Source: Mayamaea pseudoterrestris (Eukaryota). From it: a stretch of DNA of 64,000 nucleotides. Below the pieces are notes generated by a model. The model did no database searches and was not told the DNA's origin. It saw nothing but the letters and a program-made list of their open reading frames with translations. The stretch's first letter is position 1, and each line of letters opens with the position of its first letter. The position numbers were made by a program, and so were the translations under genes. Positions 11,425-23,087 of the stretch are shown piece by piece. Where the stretch lies: positions 2,294,001-2,358,000 of the forward strand of contig BROI01000002.1 in the NCBI GenBank assembly GCA_027923505.1, written 5' to 3'.

Positions 11425-12639
11425 GTGCGCGATCGCTCTGCCATGGAGAGAGCTTTGCGCTCGGCATGGCCAGTGAGCACTATGGTGGCTCCTTCACCAG
11501 GAGGCAAAAACCAATCATCGGGGCAGACGTGGTATCATCCTGTTACTTTGTTACTCTTGGTGCTCGTCTTAATTCAATGGGCCCTCATTTCATTTCTCTT
11601 GACAACGACTCGACAAGGACATGGACTGATGCAAGCAGCCGACAGTCTGCAAGTCCAGCAGCAGCAGATAGCCTTGGCGATGACACATGAAATTGAAGCG
11701 ACTGAATCGACTCAAGGAACGAGCAGCTGGAAAAACAATGGCAACAACGCCACTGTTTCCTACAAGGGCGTCGTTGCTACAGTCATTTTCAAGGCGCCCA
11801 AATGGTTCCATTTACGTTACACTTTAATGCTACACAATGCGCTAGCCAACATGCCTTTGGACTGGCATCTTCAAATATTCGTCAATGTTCCTTGGGCGCG
11901 CGACAATCTATGGAGCTGGCATCCTGGATTGAAGCGACTTGTCAAAGATAATCCGACGCGAGTCACCTTGATCCCCCTACCAGATCGACTGGTAACTCAC
12001 TCGATGAAACCCAAAATGGTTGTCTTTGACGAATGGTTTTGGCAAAGCATGCTGGCCGACAATGTGTTGCTTATTTCGGGCAATGGGGCGTTCTGCGGAA
12101 ACCATATGTATGCCAGCAATGCATCGTCGTCAATGAGCGACGATACAATCTGGTCTCGCTTGCCAAGCTTTGACTACATGGGTGCTCCCTCGCTTCAGCA
12201 TTACGGCCAAGGCGGAGACGCTTCCGTCTTGTCCTTCCGAAATCGTAACGCCATGCTGCAAGTGTTGCAGTATGCCAAACAAACCGACATTGAAATGGCC
12301 CAGCAAGGACCCGACTTTTTTCTGACTCAAATGCTGCACATGAATGACAAGGGCTTGGCCAACTTTCGCGTTGCCAGTCGCGAAGATACAGAACACTTTG
12401 CTGGTACGAGAAACCTTGTCAACGAAACTGGCGTCATTCGCGTGCCATTGGTCGTTGCCGGCACGCAGGAAAAGCTGTCGTGGGAGGAGCGCGACTCGCT
12501 CCTCAAGCACTGCCCCGAGCTGCGAATGATTTTTCCATCCATGCACGAGCCGGCGTGCTTTGGAGCGCACCCCAAGCCGGAGGTTTGCAAAGCGACCATT
12601 TGTGCGCTGCAGGATCACTTGCCAGGACATGGTTGTTAG
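11425..12639 (+). CDS. Type II membrane protein, DUF5672-like (possible glycosyltransferase-like)
   Basis: N-terminal TM helix VTLLLLVLVLIQWALISFLL and motif FDYMGAP..GGDASVLSFRNR. The true start is probably a downstream ATG. Confidence 0.6.
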   Translation: MRDRSAMERALRSAWPVSTMVAPSPGGKNQSSGQTWYHPVTLLLLVLVLIQWALISFLLTTTRQGHGLMQAADSLQVQQQQIALAMTHEIEATESTQGTSSWKNNGNNATVSYKGVVATVIFKAPKWFHLRYTLMLHNALANMPLDWHLQIFVNVPWARDNLWSWHPGLKRLVKDNPTRVTLIPLPDRLVTHSMKPKMVVFDEWFWQSMLADNVLLISGNGAFCGNHMYASNASSSMSDDTIWSRLPSFDYMGAPSLQHYGQGGDASVLSFRNRNAMLQVLQYAKQTDIEMAQQGPDFFLTQMLHMNDKGLANFRVASREDTEHFAGTRNLVNETGVIRVPLVVAGTQEKLSWEERDSLLKHCPELRMIFPSMHEPACFGAHPKPEVCKATICALQDHLPGHGC

Positions 12640-12735
12640 CGAAAAAAGGTCGAGTCAATCATGATGGTAGCGTGGATTCCATTCGAATTGCGCTCGCATG
12701 GCAGCCGACAAACAAAAACTCCTTCACTCTGTACT

Positions 12736-13779
12736 CTATGACGACGGCGGCGCATAAAAGGAACAGCATGCATTGTCGTCGACTGGATCGGAACATGTCG
12801 TGGCCATGCGCACATTGGATCGCTCTTCGAGGACGCGCCGTTGTGTGGCAGTGCACGCCACCGTCCAAATAATCCATTGCTCGCGATTTTGCTCAACTTG
12901 TTCATACAGAAAGGATCCTAACTGATTTTGATAGTCGCTTGGCGAATGCAGAGTGCCATGATGTATGATCCAGTCGAGTACTTTGGTTGGAAGGTTCGAC
13001 CTTGACCGACTGACGCGGAATCCTGCAAACTCGGCATCATCCAAAGGTAGCATAACAATAGATGGACTTAATCTACGACTCGGCTCGCTCCCGTCTTGGT
13101 CATTTTCATCCTGCAAATAAATCCCAACGATGCCCTTGTTGGTTCTCGGCCAGCTTGCTGCTGGATCAGGCTTTACACTCCAGTTGATAAAGCCATCTGG
13201 GCGTCCGAGTAATAGGCACCACTGCATGAGATCGATTCTCAAGTGAGCCTGCTTGTGATATGCGTCTCCGTAGCCGTTGACTCCACAAGCTGCATCCATT
13301 CGTTCCACCGTATTTAGTTTTTCCTCAAAGTCTTTCGACTCCCAGGCGAACAGACGAAATGAATTGGGGTCCAATTGTCTTCGCTTTTGCGTCAATTGCT
13401 GTAGAAGCTCTCTTGCTTGAATGTTTTCGCTTGATGCAAGTGCATACTTGTCGACAAAATATGGGAGCATATCTTTGACTGAATGTGGAAAGATTGTTAC
13501 CAGGTGTCGCGGACTTTCCACGTCGTTAGCCGGTCCGACAAATACTTCTGGATACGAATAGAAGACGCCGCAAGCTCCAACCAGGACGACTGTTATGACT
13601 GTCATGAGATAAATGCGAAAGTAGTAGTCTCGATTGCCGCTAAAAGTCTTGTTCGACGCATTGTGCTGCCGTTCTTGTGCCGCATACTGCATCAATATAG
13701 TCTTCTGCTTGGAAGGAGCAAACTCCTGTTTCGGCGGCCGCTTTCGGACTGATAATTGCTGGGTCATATCATTCATCAA
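12736..13779 (-). CDS. Hypothetical single-pass membrane protein
   Basis: 347-aa ORF with TM segment IYLMTVITVVLVGACGVFY, convergent with the previous gene. Confidence 0.6.
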   Translation of the reverse strand: MMNDMTQQLSVRKRPPKQEFAPSKQKTILMQYAAQERQHNASNKTFSGNRDYYFRIYLMTVITVVLVGACGVFYSYPEVFVGPANDVESPRHLVTIFPHSVKDMLPYFVDKYALASSENIQARELLQQLTQKRRQLDPNSFRLFAWESKDFEEKLNTVERMDAACGVNGYGDAYHKQAHLRIDLMQWCLLLGRPDGFINWSVKPDPAASWPRTNKGIVGIYLQDENDQDGSEPSRRLSPSIVMLPLDDAEFAGFRVSRSRSNLPTKVLDWIIHHGTLHSPSDYQNQLGSFLYEQVEQNREQWIIWTVACTATQRRVLEERSNVRMATTCSDPVDDNACCSFYAPPSS

Positions 13780-14293
13780 TTTGAATAACAGAGAAACTAT
13801 GTGTTTATGTACATCACAAGTATACCGGTCGGTCCGCCATGGTTAATTTCCAAGGTGCGCCGAGTCGTCAAGCTATGTCGCAGCGTTGTTGCATTCTGTA
13901 AATGTGATTGGCGACTTGTGCGAGCAAGCCGATCACTCGAACTGGACGCGCTCGCTGTTTTGCACGCGTCGCTGAAATCGCTCACGTGACGTTGCTGCGA
14001 TCAAAAAATCGAATGCGTCGCCAAAAGCGTGTCGCGAGGAGGACGAGCCACTTGTTGCCTTCTTGGTGCGCCAAGCATACTCACTATTCCATTTTGATAC
14101 TTTCGGTAAGTCTCATTGATCATGCGTGTAACGCGAGACCTCGGAAGTGGAGGTTCACTCTGCAATGGAGGTGTTGATTGCTACCGTAGACCTGGAGTCG
14201 AGATGAATGTGCCTCCGACCGACAAGTCGACGACAAACTTGCATCGTCTCACAATTTCCGTTCCGCCATGACACTTTCAGACCGCTTTGAAAC

Positions 14294-15472
14294 ATGAAAG
14301 CAATTCCAGCACTCCTACTTGTACTTTCAGCTCTTGCACGCATTGATGCGCAGTCTGAATTGTATGAATATTTCTTGGCGCGAGGCGTCGACATGAACGA
14401 ACTGAGTAATACGCCATCGGCGAGTCCGACTTCCTCTTCTTCGGATGCACCTTCAGACGTACCCAGTTCAAGTCCTTTAATGTTACTTTCAGATGCTCCC
14501 TCCGACATGCCTTCCTTTGGAGTTGTCGACAAGGGGTTGGACTTTTCCGATGCGCCAAGTATTGTTCCGCAATTTACTAGCTCGGATATTCCATCAGACA
14601 TGCCGTCCACTTTATTCATCGACAAGGAACTCAATCTCTCAGACAACCCAAGTTTTGTTTCACTAGAAACTTTCTCGGATGCTCCATCCGATCTTCCAAG
14701 CAAGAGTCCTATCTTTGTCAATTCGGATGTTCCATCGGACGTACCATCAATGGTGTCATCTGATGCGCCGTCGAGCCTTCCGTCGGATGTTCCATCAATG
14801 CAGCCATCAGACGTTCCATCAAGCCTGCCTTCAGACGTTCCGTCCATGCAGCCATCAGATGTGCCTTCAAGTATGCCGTCCGATGTTCCGTCAATGCAGC
14901 CATCAGATGTACCCTCTAGTATGCCATCCGACGTTCCATCAATGCAACCGTCTGATGTGCCTTCCAGCATACCGTCGGACGCTCCATCAACGCAGCCATC
15001 AGATGTGCCTTCTAGTGTGCCGTCGGACGTCCCATCGATGCAATCATCTAGCGTGCCATCCAGTGATTCGCTCGACAGTCCCACATTCCAACCAGCAGTT
15101 GCTTCGCCAACCTTTCCAACAGCCTCACCGTCCGGCATATCACCAGTCATTGGACGAGACATCACCGCGCCACCTACTGCAATCGACACGGTTCAAAATG
15201 CGGTCGAGTTCGTGCCAGACTTTAGCGGCATTGATGAAGACGTTGCCATTATTGTTTCGCAATGTCAGTGCGACGAAAATGATCCAGCGACACAAGAATG
15301 CTACGAGGCATTCAAAAAGGTCTTTTTCGAGAATGATTTAGCCAATGGCAAAGTACAATGGGACGATGGTACGACTTGGAACAACAAGGCGGACAAGTCA
15401 ATCCAAAGACAATGCACACAGCAAGCGTCTCCGGTTCCTGTCGTTCGACGTGGACTTCGCCGTCGACAATGA
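14294..15472 (+). CDS. Secreted Pro/Ser-rich repeat protein (PSDVPSxx), extracellular or cell-wall type
   Basis: Signal peptide MKAIPALLLVLSALA, tandem PSDVPSMQ/PSDVPSSM units and a small Cys-containing C-terminal domain. Confidence 0.8.
   Translation: MKAIPALLLVLSALARIDAQSELYEYFLARGVDMNELSNTPSASPTSSSSDAPSDVPSSSPLMLLSDAPSDMPSFGVVDKGLDFSDAPSIVPQFTSSDIPSDMPSTLFIDKELNLSDNPSFVSLETFSDAPSDLPSKSPIFVNSDVPSDVPSMVSSDAPSSLPSDVPSMQPSDVPSSLPSDVPSMQPSDVPSSMPSDVPSMQPSDVPSSMPSDVPSMQPSDVPSSIPSDAPSTQPSDVPSSVPSDVPSMQSSSVPSSDSLDSPTFQPAVASPTFPTASPSGISPVIGRDITAPPTAIDTVQNAVEFVPDFSGIDEDVAIIVSQCQCDENDPATQECYEAFKKVFFENDLANGKVQWDDGTTWNNKADKSIQRQCTQQASPVPVVRRGLRRRQ
14722..15065 (+). repeat. Coding tandem repeat, 24-nt unit alternating as a 48-nt higher-order unit
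   Basis: Repeated ccatcagatgtgccttc/ccgtccgatgttccgtc variants encode alternating PSDVPSMQ and PSDVPSS(M/L/I/V). Confidence 0.85.
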
Positions 15473-15821
15473 GTGAACGTTCAATGTACCGCCTGCTTGC
15501 TGGAAAGCAGTGCCTCAGCGCAAAAGCGATCATTCAATAATTGCGCGAATCAATTATGCAGCAGTGTTGTCTGGTACAGCCTTTTGATGTGAAAGTAGGG
15601 AGACTGTCACGTTATGTTTACATATAATATAAATATTTATTCCATGCATTTTACCATATCGTTCGCCAATCTACTTAGCAAGAATCGGAACTCTTCCGCA
15701 TCATATTGACTGATAGCAATGCGAGCATGCAGACAATTGTAAATTACTCGAGTATAGCGGCTGAACGACTCCGGCTTGATGTCAGTGGCTTTCGACTTGG
15801 CTCGATAAAGAAAGCGTGCGC

Positions 15822-16457
15822 TCAACAGTCAAAACCAGAGCATCTCTTGACGTGAACAATTGGTCGCTTGGAGTGACAGACCAATGTCGTTGGTGTCGCA
15901 GATGGGTATAGCGGTTGGTACCGATTCATTTCATCGACGGGTGCTGTTCGTCTATATGAAGCAGCTCCATCTTTGATCCCTCGACTCGGCGTTGACATGT
16001 TGTATTGACGCTTATATTTTGGCTTTTGGTTGGAAGGAGTTGGTGGCTCTTCATCTACATGGTCATTGCCTTGAACGTTTCGTCGATTCGGGTGAAGGCT
16101 GGAACCAGCACGAGCTCTATCTTTTACATCCGCTTCGAAAAAGCCATGCTCCACTCTTTGCGATGGCAAGTAGTCAGCCGCATGGGCTGGTACAGCTGCC
16201 GCAAAGATTTCTCCCGCTCCGTGCTGCTGAAAGTCAAGGGCAGTGAATGGTCGCCGACTACGTTTCGACTCGCCCATTGTCAGACTGCGTCGTCGTTTCA
16301 TGGAAGTCTTCTTTTCTTGGTAACCAATTGCCGTGTGAAGTATGACGATGCCTATGAGAGCCATGCGTAGCATTGCTTTGTGAAACATGTTGTGCTCGTC
16401 AATGGCCGACTGATGCGAAATGCTGCGAAGGAGGGCGCAGGACGACAAGCTGCTCAA
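15822..16457 (-). CDS. Hypothetical protein, possible signal peptide
   Basis: ORF with hydrophobic MALIGIVILHTAIG. No recognised domain, and the start is uncertain. Confidence 0.35.
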   Translation of the reverse strand: MSSLSSCALLRSISHQSAIDEHNMFHKAMLRMALIGIVILHTAIGYQEKKTSMKRRRSLTMGESKRSRRPFTALDFQQHGAGEIFAAAVPAHAADYLPSQRVEHGFFEADVKDRARAGSSLHPNRRNVQGNDHVDEEPPTPSNQKPKYKRQYNMSTPSRGIKDGAASYRRTAPVDEMNRYQPLYPSATPTTLVCHSKRPIVHVKRCSGFDC

Positions 16458-16844
16458 TGATTTTCGCTTGCTGGATTATCAATTTGAAATACCTTCCGGC
16501 TCCTTGAGTTTCGTCATTCATCATTACAATTGTAAAGACTTTGCGCATTCGCCATATTTGTCGTCGTTGCATCAACAAGTTTGATTGATCCGGCTCGCTA
16601 GATGAGCGTCGAAATTGTGAGCTCGACGAAGAACGAGCCAGCCGATTAAAGTCGCTGCGGTACTAAAGGGCGATTTAAGTGATGACGTACTTTGCGCGGC
16701 GATGCGCGATGACGATTCATCTCATCATGCGTGTTGCCACAAGATTCTGCGCCCGCTTCTTGTTCAAGAGAGCATAACATTAAGATACATTACAGTTCCA
16801 CCATTGTTCGATTCGTTCAAGCTAGCTACTGTCTTATATATATC

Positions 16845-19800
16845 ATGTTTGACAAGGTCAAAGTAAGCTCACACACTGCGCGCAAGACAAGCAATGAACA
16901 AAATCTTGCCGATTGCTTTGGTCGAATGGATCTTTTCGGAAGAAATCGTTCCGTTTGACGGCCACCTTGTCAATAGGATCTCATCTCGCTCGTTTCTCCT
17001 TATTCGTTGCAGGTGAAAATGGAAGCTGGTGGCTGCGCGCCGTCAGCGATTAGTGCCTTTGAAAATACATTCAACGTAAGTTTCGGAAGCTTAAGGCCGG
17101 TCTAGCAAGATCCTAATGTATCGCTACTTTAGCGCTCGTTATGTCGAGCTAATCTTAACTAATTAAATATGGAATCTCGATTCACAGGGTCTAATTTCTG
17201 GAGCTTCTGGTATGATCTCGGAAGACTCCATCAGCCCGGTTGCCGACTTGGATCGTTCCGAGTCATTCACCAGCAAGCCAGACACATCCTTGCTTGCCCA
17301 AACGGTCGTCCTCAAACTCAATGGAGGTCTTGGAACGGGTATGGGTCTCGACAAGGCCAAGTCGCTCCTCAAGGTCAAGGGCGATGACACCTTTTTGGAT
17401 CTCACGGCCAAGCAGGTGATTCAAATGCGCAAGGAGCACGGATTCAGGGTGAAATTCATGCTTATGAACTCGTTTAGTACGTCGGAGGATACAATGCAGT
17501 TTTTCGAGAGCAAGTATCCTGCCTTGGCCGCAGAGGATGGACTTGAGATGCTGCAGAACAAGGTGCCAAAGCTTGATGCTACCACTTTTGAGGTATGTCA
17601 ATGCAAGCTTTTTGTTGACGCAAATTGCGATGAAGTAGATCTGATTTTCCATATACTTTTCCATTTTACAGCCTGCCGTCTGCGAATCGGATCCGAGCAA
17701 TGAATGGTGCCCTCCAGGTCACGGTGACTTGTACGCCGCTCTTGTTGGTTCGGGCTGTCTTGACTCTCTGCTCAAGGGTGGTTACAAGTACATGTTTGTT
17801 TCCAACTCGGACAATCTCGGAGCATCCTTGGACCTTCAGATCCTCACTTACTTTGCTGAAAAGAATGCATCCTTCATGATGGAGTGCTGTGAGCGCACGG
17901 AGAACGACAAGAAGGGGGGACACTTGGCGTTGCGCAAGTCGGACAATCAGCTTGTTTTGCGCGAGTCTGCCATGTGCGCCGACGAGGACGAAGCGGCGTT
18001 CCAGGACATTACGAAGCACAAGTTCTTCAACACGAACAATCTTTGGATCCGTTTGGATAAGCTCAAGGAGATTCTTGACAAGAATGGAGGGTTTATTCCG
18101 CTTCCAATGATCAAGAATAAAAAGACGGTCGACCCCAAGGACGACTCGTCGCAAAAGGTTCTTCAGCTCGAAACGGCCATGGGCGCGGCCGTGGAGTGTT
18201 TTGAGGGCGCAACTGCTATTGTCGTTCCGCGCACTCGCTTTGCTCCAGTTAAAAAGTGCAGTGATCTTCTATTGCTGCGGAGTGATGCGTATCTCATTGA
18301 GAATCATATGCCGGTACTCAACCCGCTGTGCGGCGGCTATGCTCCTGTTATTGATTTAGACAGCAAACTCTACAAGCTAGTTGGCGCCTTGGAGGAAGCT
18401 ACTGTTGATGGTATTCCTTCCTTGATCAAGTGTACTCGCCTGAGTATCAAGGGCCCAGTCACCATGTCGAAGGCAACTAAATTTGTTGGTGACGTTGTGA
18501 TCAAGAATATGAGTCAGGAAACCAAATCGGTGCCAAAGGGCGAGGTGACTGGTGATCATGATCTGACGGCAGCTGTAGGGCTTGGAAAACTTCGAAAGCA
18601 TATTATTGCGTCCGCTCCGATTGATGGACAGAAGCCTGGCACGTCTGGTTTACGAAAGAAGACCAAGGTTTTCATGACACCCAACTACCTTCAAAACTTT
18701 GTTCAGTCTGCATTTGACGCGATCAAGGCCACTGGCACAAACGTTTCCGAAGGATCGCTGCTCATCGGAGGTGATGGTCGTTACTACAACAATGAGGCCA
18801 TTCAAATCATTATAAAAATGGCGGCAGCCAACGGCGTCAAGCGCATTTGGGTTGGGCAGAATGGCCTCTTGTCGACTCCTGCTGTATCTGCAATCATCCG
18901 CGAGCGCGGACCATTGTGGCAAAAGGCATTTGGTGCTTTTATTTTGACGGCATCACATAACCCTGGTGGCCCAGAGGAAGATTTCGGCATCAAGTACAAT
19001 TGCGAGCACGGTGAACCTGCTCCCGAAAAGCTCACGGATGCGATCTACGAGAATACGACCAAGATTAGGTCGTACAAGGTTTGCTCTGATCTTCCGACGA
19101 TCGACATTGCCGACTGCGGACTGGCATGCATTAAGTCGGACGATGGAAATCATGAAGTGAACATCGAGGTCATTGACTCGACAGTCGTCCACGTCGATTT
19201 GCTAAAATCAATTTTCGATTTCAAAACAATCAAGAAATTGCTCGATCGCTCTGACTTTAGTATGGTTTATGACACAATGCATGGTGTTAATGGACCGTAT
19301 GCGAGAAAGGTGTTTGTCGAAGAATTGGGCCAACCTGAATCAGTCCTCATGAATGCTATTCCCAAGGACGATTTTGGCGGCGGTCACGCTGATCCGAACT
19401 TGACATACGCTAAGGAACTCGTCAAGGCAATGGGACTTGATCGCACGGGAGTAAAGATCAGTGTCGACGGTCATATCCCTGATTTCGGTGCGGCCGCCGA
19501 CGGCGATGGTGACCGCAACATGATTCTTGGTCGACAGTTCTTTGTCAGTCCGTCTGACTCGCTGGCAATTATTGTGGCCAACGCGGACTGTATTCCATTC
19601 TTCCGCGCGCAGGGTGGACTGCGCGGGGTTGCACGATCCATGCCAACTTCAGGTGCTGTGGATTTGGTCGCTAAGGATTTAAACCTTTCCTTGTTCGAGA
19701 CTCCAACGGGCTGGAAATATTTTGGAAATCTCATGGACTCGAAGGAACTCTTTGGAGGAACGGAATATGTACCATTCATTTGCGGAGAAGAGTCATTTGG

Positions 19801-20350
19801 AACAGGTTCTGATCATGTCCGCGAGAAGGATGGCATCTGGGCCGTACTTGCCTGGTTGTCTATACTGGCGCATTTCAATGACTGCACACCGGATGGAAAA
19901 CTGGTTTCAGTCGAGGACATTGTCATGCAGCACTGGACCAAATATGGGCGTAACTACTATGCTCGCTGGGACTTTGAAGGTGTCGACAAGTCAAAGGCAG
20001 AGGCCATGATGGCCAAAATGCGAGCGGACTCTACAGCTAACACCGGCAAGTCAGTTGGCAAGTACACGATCGGCAAATCGGACGATTTCACGTACTTTGA
20101 TCCGGTCGATGGTTCCGTATCCAAGAACCAAGGGATCCGATTTCTCATGACGGATGGTTCTCGCATCGTTTTCCGTCTCAGTGGGACGGCAGGATCTGGG
20201 GCAACTGTCCGCATGTATATCGAGCAGTACGAGCCAAAGAACATTACCATGAATGCGTCTGACGCACTCGCTGACTTGATTCGCATTGCGTTGGATCTGT
20301 GTGATATCAATGAGTTCTGTGGCACAGAGACGCCCACGGTCATCACTTGA
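16845..20350 (+). CDS. UGP/PGM: Fused UDP-glucose pyrophosphorylase / phosphoglucomutase; exons 16845-16862, 17013-17075, 17188-17592, 17672-20350
   Basis: UGPase motifs LKLNGGLGTGMG, WCPPGHGD, SNSDNLG and FNTNNLW are followed by PGM motifs QKPGTSGLRK, TASHNPGG, DGDGDR and CGEESFG. Three GT..AG introns keep the frame. Confidence 0.95.
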
Positions 20351-20452
20351 GCGGGCTCGTGGGTGGATCTGGCGTCCGGTGAGAGTATGCATTTTTGCCT
20401 TTAGTATTAGTATCAGTTGTAATGAATAGCAAGCAATGTTAAGGCAAGATTA

Positions 20453-22375
20453 TTACTGACGTGCTGCCAAGTCTTTTACTTTCTGAAACTGGTCCAGCTG
20501 CGCCTGCTGCTCTTCGATGCGACGCTCCAAGTCTTGTTGGTCTCGTTTCCGTTCCATTTGCAATTGACGCTCATCCATTTCGTGCACGAGAATTTCCGAT
20601 CCGTCAGACACTCCATAGTATTCGAGACTCCGGTCATCGTCAGGCATGGGGACGGGAATCGAGGAAGACGATGAACAAACCATTAGATTTTGTAAATCCA
20701 CTGGCAGGCCGAATTGTCGACTACAAAGCGCCTTGAGGCGACCGACTGTCAATTGGTTCGGCAGTCGCCTCAATAGCGGATCCATGGTGCAAGATTGTGC
20801 CGACATGGATCGAATTTGAATGCTCACCATTGAGTCTGCCAGTAACAAGGAGGTTGCGCCATTACCCCTGTGATTCTCGTTTGTGTCCATCGAGTTGCCA
20901 TTTGGATTCCACAAGCGAGCCGCCAGATCTGGATACTTGTCAAGTAATCGGTTATATTGTGGATGCATTGCTAGTAGTTCATCGTGAATGGACCGCTTTC
21001 TCAAATCTGCATCGTTGCTGCCACCAGGCTCAACTGCGACATTATTCAATTCGGAAATGGCTAGCTGTATGCTTCGGCTCGTCGTTAGCAAGTAGCCTCG
21101 TTCCGCATCCTGCCGCTCCTGCGCCGTTACGACCGATGCATTCACCTTGGTCAAAGTGGGAAAGCGCGCAATGATCAATGCTCGCGTCTGCAATTCGCCA
21201 AGGTCAGCCAACAAGGGACAGTTGCGAAGTCGAAGCGACAATAGTTTCGGTAGCTGATGGTTAAGTCGCTCCAAATCAGCCCAGTTAGAAAACTTGGTAT
21301 TGGCCAGTTGCAAATGTTCAAGATGCGGCATGGATGCATCTTCGCTGGGCCATTGCGCAATGAAATTATCGTCGAGGCTCAGCCATTGCAAATTCGGAAA
21401 GTATCGTGCAAGCCTTGAAATTCCGTCTTCGTTCAGCTTGCAGCCGCTAACGTCGAGCCAACGTATCGAGGAGAATGTAATTGTTTCACTTGCGGCGTCA
21501 CTAGTATCAACGTCCTTCATCAAATCACTCAAGTCATTGGAGGCAGCGCATAATTCCTCCAAGTTTGGCAAAACTCGCAAGAGTTGCTGCAACGTTTTAT
21601 AATTTTCCACGACTCCTCCACGAACATTTACATGCACCAACTTGTCAAACGAGCTTGTTGCCTTTTGCAACCACTCCGACGAGTCTCGTCTCATGCGATT
21701 GCACGCCAAACTAAGGTGCTGGAGGTTGGGAAACTGCTGGAACAGTCGCTCCACGTCGGCCCAGTCAGACAGTAGATTGCCGGCAAGGTCCATTTGCTCC
21801 AAATGCTGAACGGAATCAAACGAGTCTGTATCCTTCTCGTCGCTGTCATGACTCATTGTATTTACTTTAATACTAGAAATTCCCATGCTTCGCAAGGAAA
21901 CTTGTTTCAATTTTGTCAATCGCTGCTGCATCAAAATCTTTTCACGGCCCACAAACTCGATTGGCTTGGAGCGACCGCTGCTGGTAGATACGGTATGCTC
22001 GTCGACGCGACTGGAAGCATCTTGGTACCGCTGCATTAGCATTTGAAGAGAGAGTGGCTTCCCAAAGTCAATGGTATGCGGCAATATAAATGATGCTGCT
22101 GTGGGATGCGTGCAACGAAAGTGCGACACGAGGCGATTCGTAGATCGACAAACGACGCTTCCGTTATGCTTGCCCCGACTAGAGTCGTCCCAAATGACGC
22201 CGTAGTAGAGCTTGGAAGGATTCTTGCTGGAAGCAACGGGCCCGTAGTAAACGATAGTGGCAATGTAGCCAGAAGCGTCTTGAATGCGAGTCGAGCCGAG
22301 GAAAATGTCGTCTGGAGGCAGTGGCATTGGTTGCTGATGAGTTGCAGACGGTTCCAGCTGGCTGCTATTTTCCAT
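20453..22375 (-). CDS. TBCE: Tubulin-specific chaperone E (CAP-Gly, LRR, ubiquitin-like)
   Basis: CAP-Gly motif YGVIWDDSSRGKHNGS, several LRRs (LEQMDLAGNLL, LQHLSLACN, LQWLSLDDN) and a C-terminal Ubl domain (LTVGRLKALC..SLEYYGVSDG). Confidence 0.9.
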   Translation of the reverse strand: MENSSQLEPSATHQQPMPLPPDDIFLGSTRIQDASGYIATIVYYGPVASSKNPSKLYYGVIWDDSSRGKHNGSVVCRSTNRLVSHFRCTHPTAASFILPHTIDFGKPLSLQMLMQRYQDASSRVDEHTVSTSSGRSKPIEFVGREKILMQQRLTKLKQVSLRSMGISSIKVNTMSHDSDEKDTDSFDSVQHLEQMDLAGNLLSDWADVERLFQQFPNLQHLSLACNRMRRDSSEWLQKATSSFDKLVHVNVRGGVVENYKTLQQLLRVLPNLEELCAASNDLSDLMKDVDTSDAASETITFSSIRWLDVSGCKLNEDGISRLARYFPNLQWLSLDDNFIAQWPSEDASMPHLEHLQLANTKFSNWADLERLNHQLPKLLSLRLRNCPLLADLGELQTRALIIARFPTLTKVNASVVTAQERQDAERGYLLTTSRSIQLAISELNNVAVEPGGSNDADLRKRSIHDELLAMHPQYNRLLDKYPDLAARLWNPNGNSMDTNENHRGNGATSLLLADSMVSIQIRSMSAQSCTMDPLLRRLPNQLTVGRLKALCSRQFGLPVDLQNLMVCSSSSSIPVPMPDDDRSLEYYGVSDGSEILVHEMDERQLQMERKRDQQDLERRIEEQQAQLDQFQKVKDLAARQ

Positions 22376-23087
22376 CTTATATGCTGATTGTTACACTGAA
22401 GCAGCAATCACGCTACGACGAGTATGCTGTACAACGCGGAGATCGGTAGAATGTGTGCCATGGTGTGTCGTCCAATGTTTTTTTGCCGTGGCGTGAAGTC
22501 GGACCGGTATCAATCCAGTACCGCGTGGTCGGCAAACTCCCGCAAATCACGGTGCAAGAGTCGCGGTTACGATTACCAAAGCCGCAACAACCATCATGGT
22601 ATTGGGAGAAAATATAAGTGTGGACATCTATGAGCTCGGAGGTTCCCATCGGCATGGCAATGAACCTGGCTGAATTTCGCCAATGACTCACAGTCTATTA
22701 GCTCGGCTGTACCGGCAGTCCTTGCAACACGGAAAGATGCTGCTGCATACAACCTATACGTTCTCGGAATGAAATAAACATCATGCAAATACGATACCGA
22801 TATCATGCAATGTCGCGACAGTATGCCATGAGGCTCAGCCACGGTACTTGCATTCTCCTTAAGCCGCTCGCTGTATAATTTCCTCTCGCGATCGCCCAGC
22901 AGCTCGAAATATTATTGCTGGCTGCTACAAAGTAGAGTGAGGGGAACGATCGTTTGTCATACGTGTACCGCAGCCGCATTTTGCCAAATTTTTAACTAAA
23001 ATCCTTTAAAATTGATTGTTGAGCCTACCACGCTAAAAGGCGTTGAATATGGATGAGCATAATTCTTCGATTGCCTCATTCTAAACT

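Noticed and set aside
14155..15189. 344-aa minus-strand ORF with DGTSDG repeats
   Set aside because: It is the antisense shadow of the PSDVPS repeat gene.
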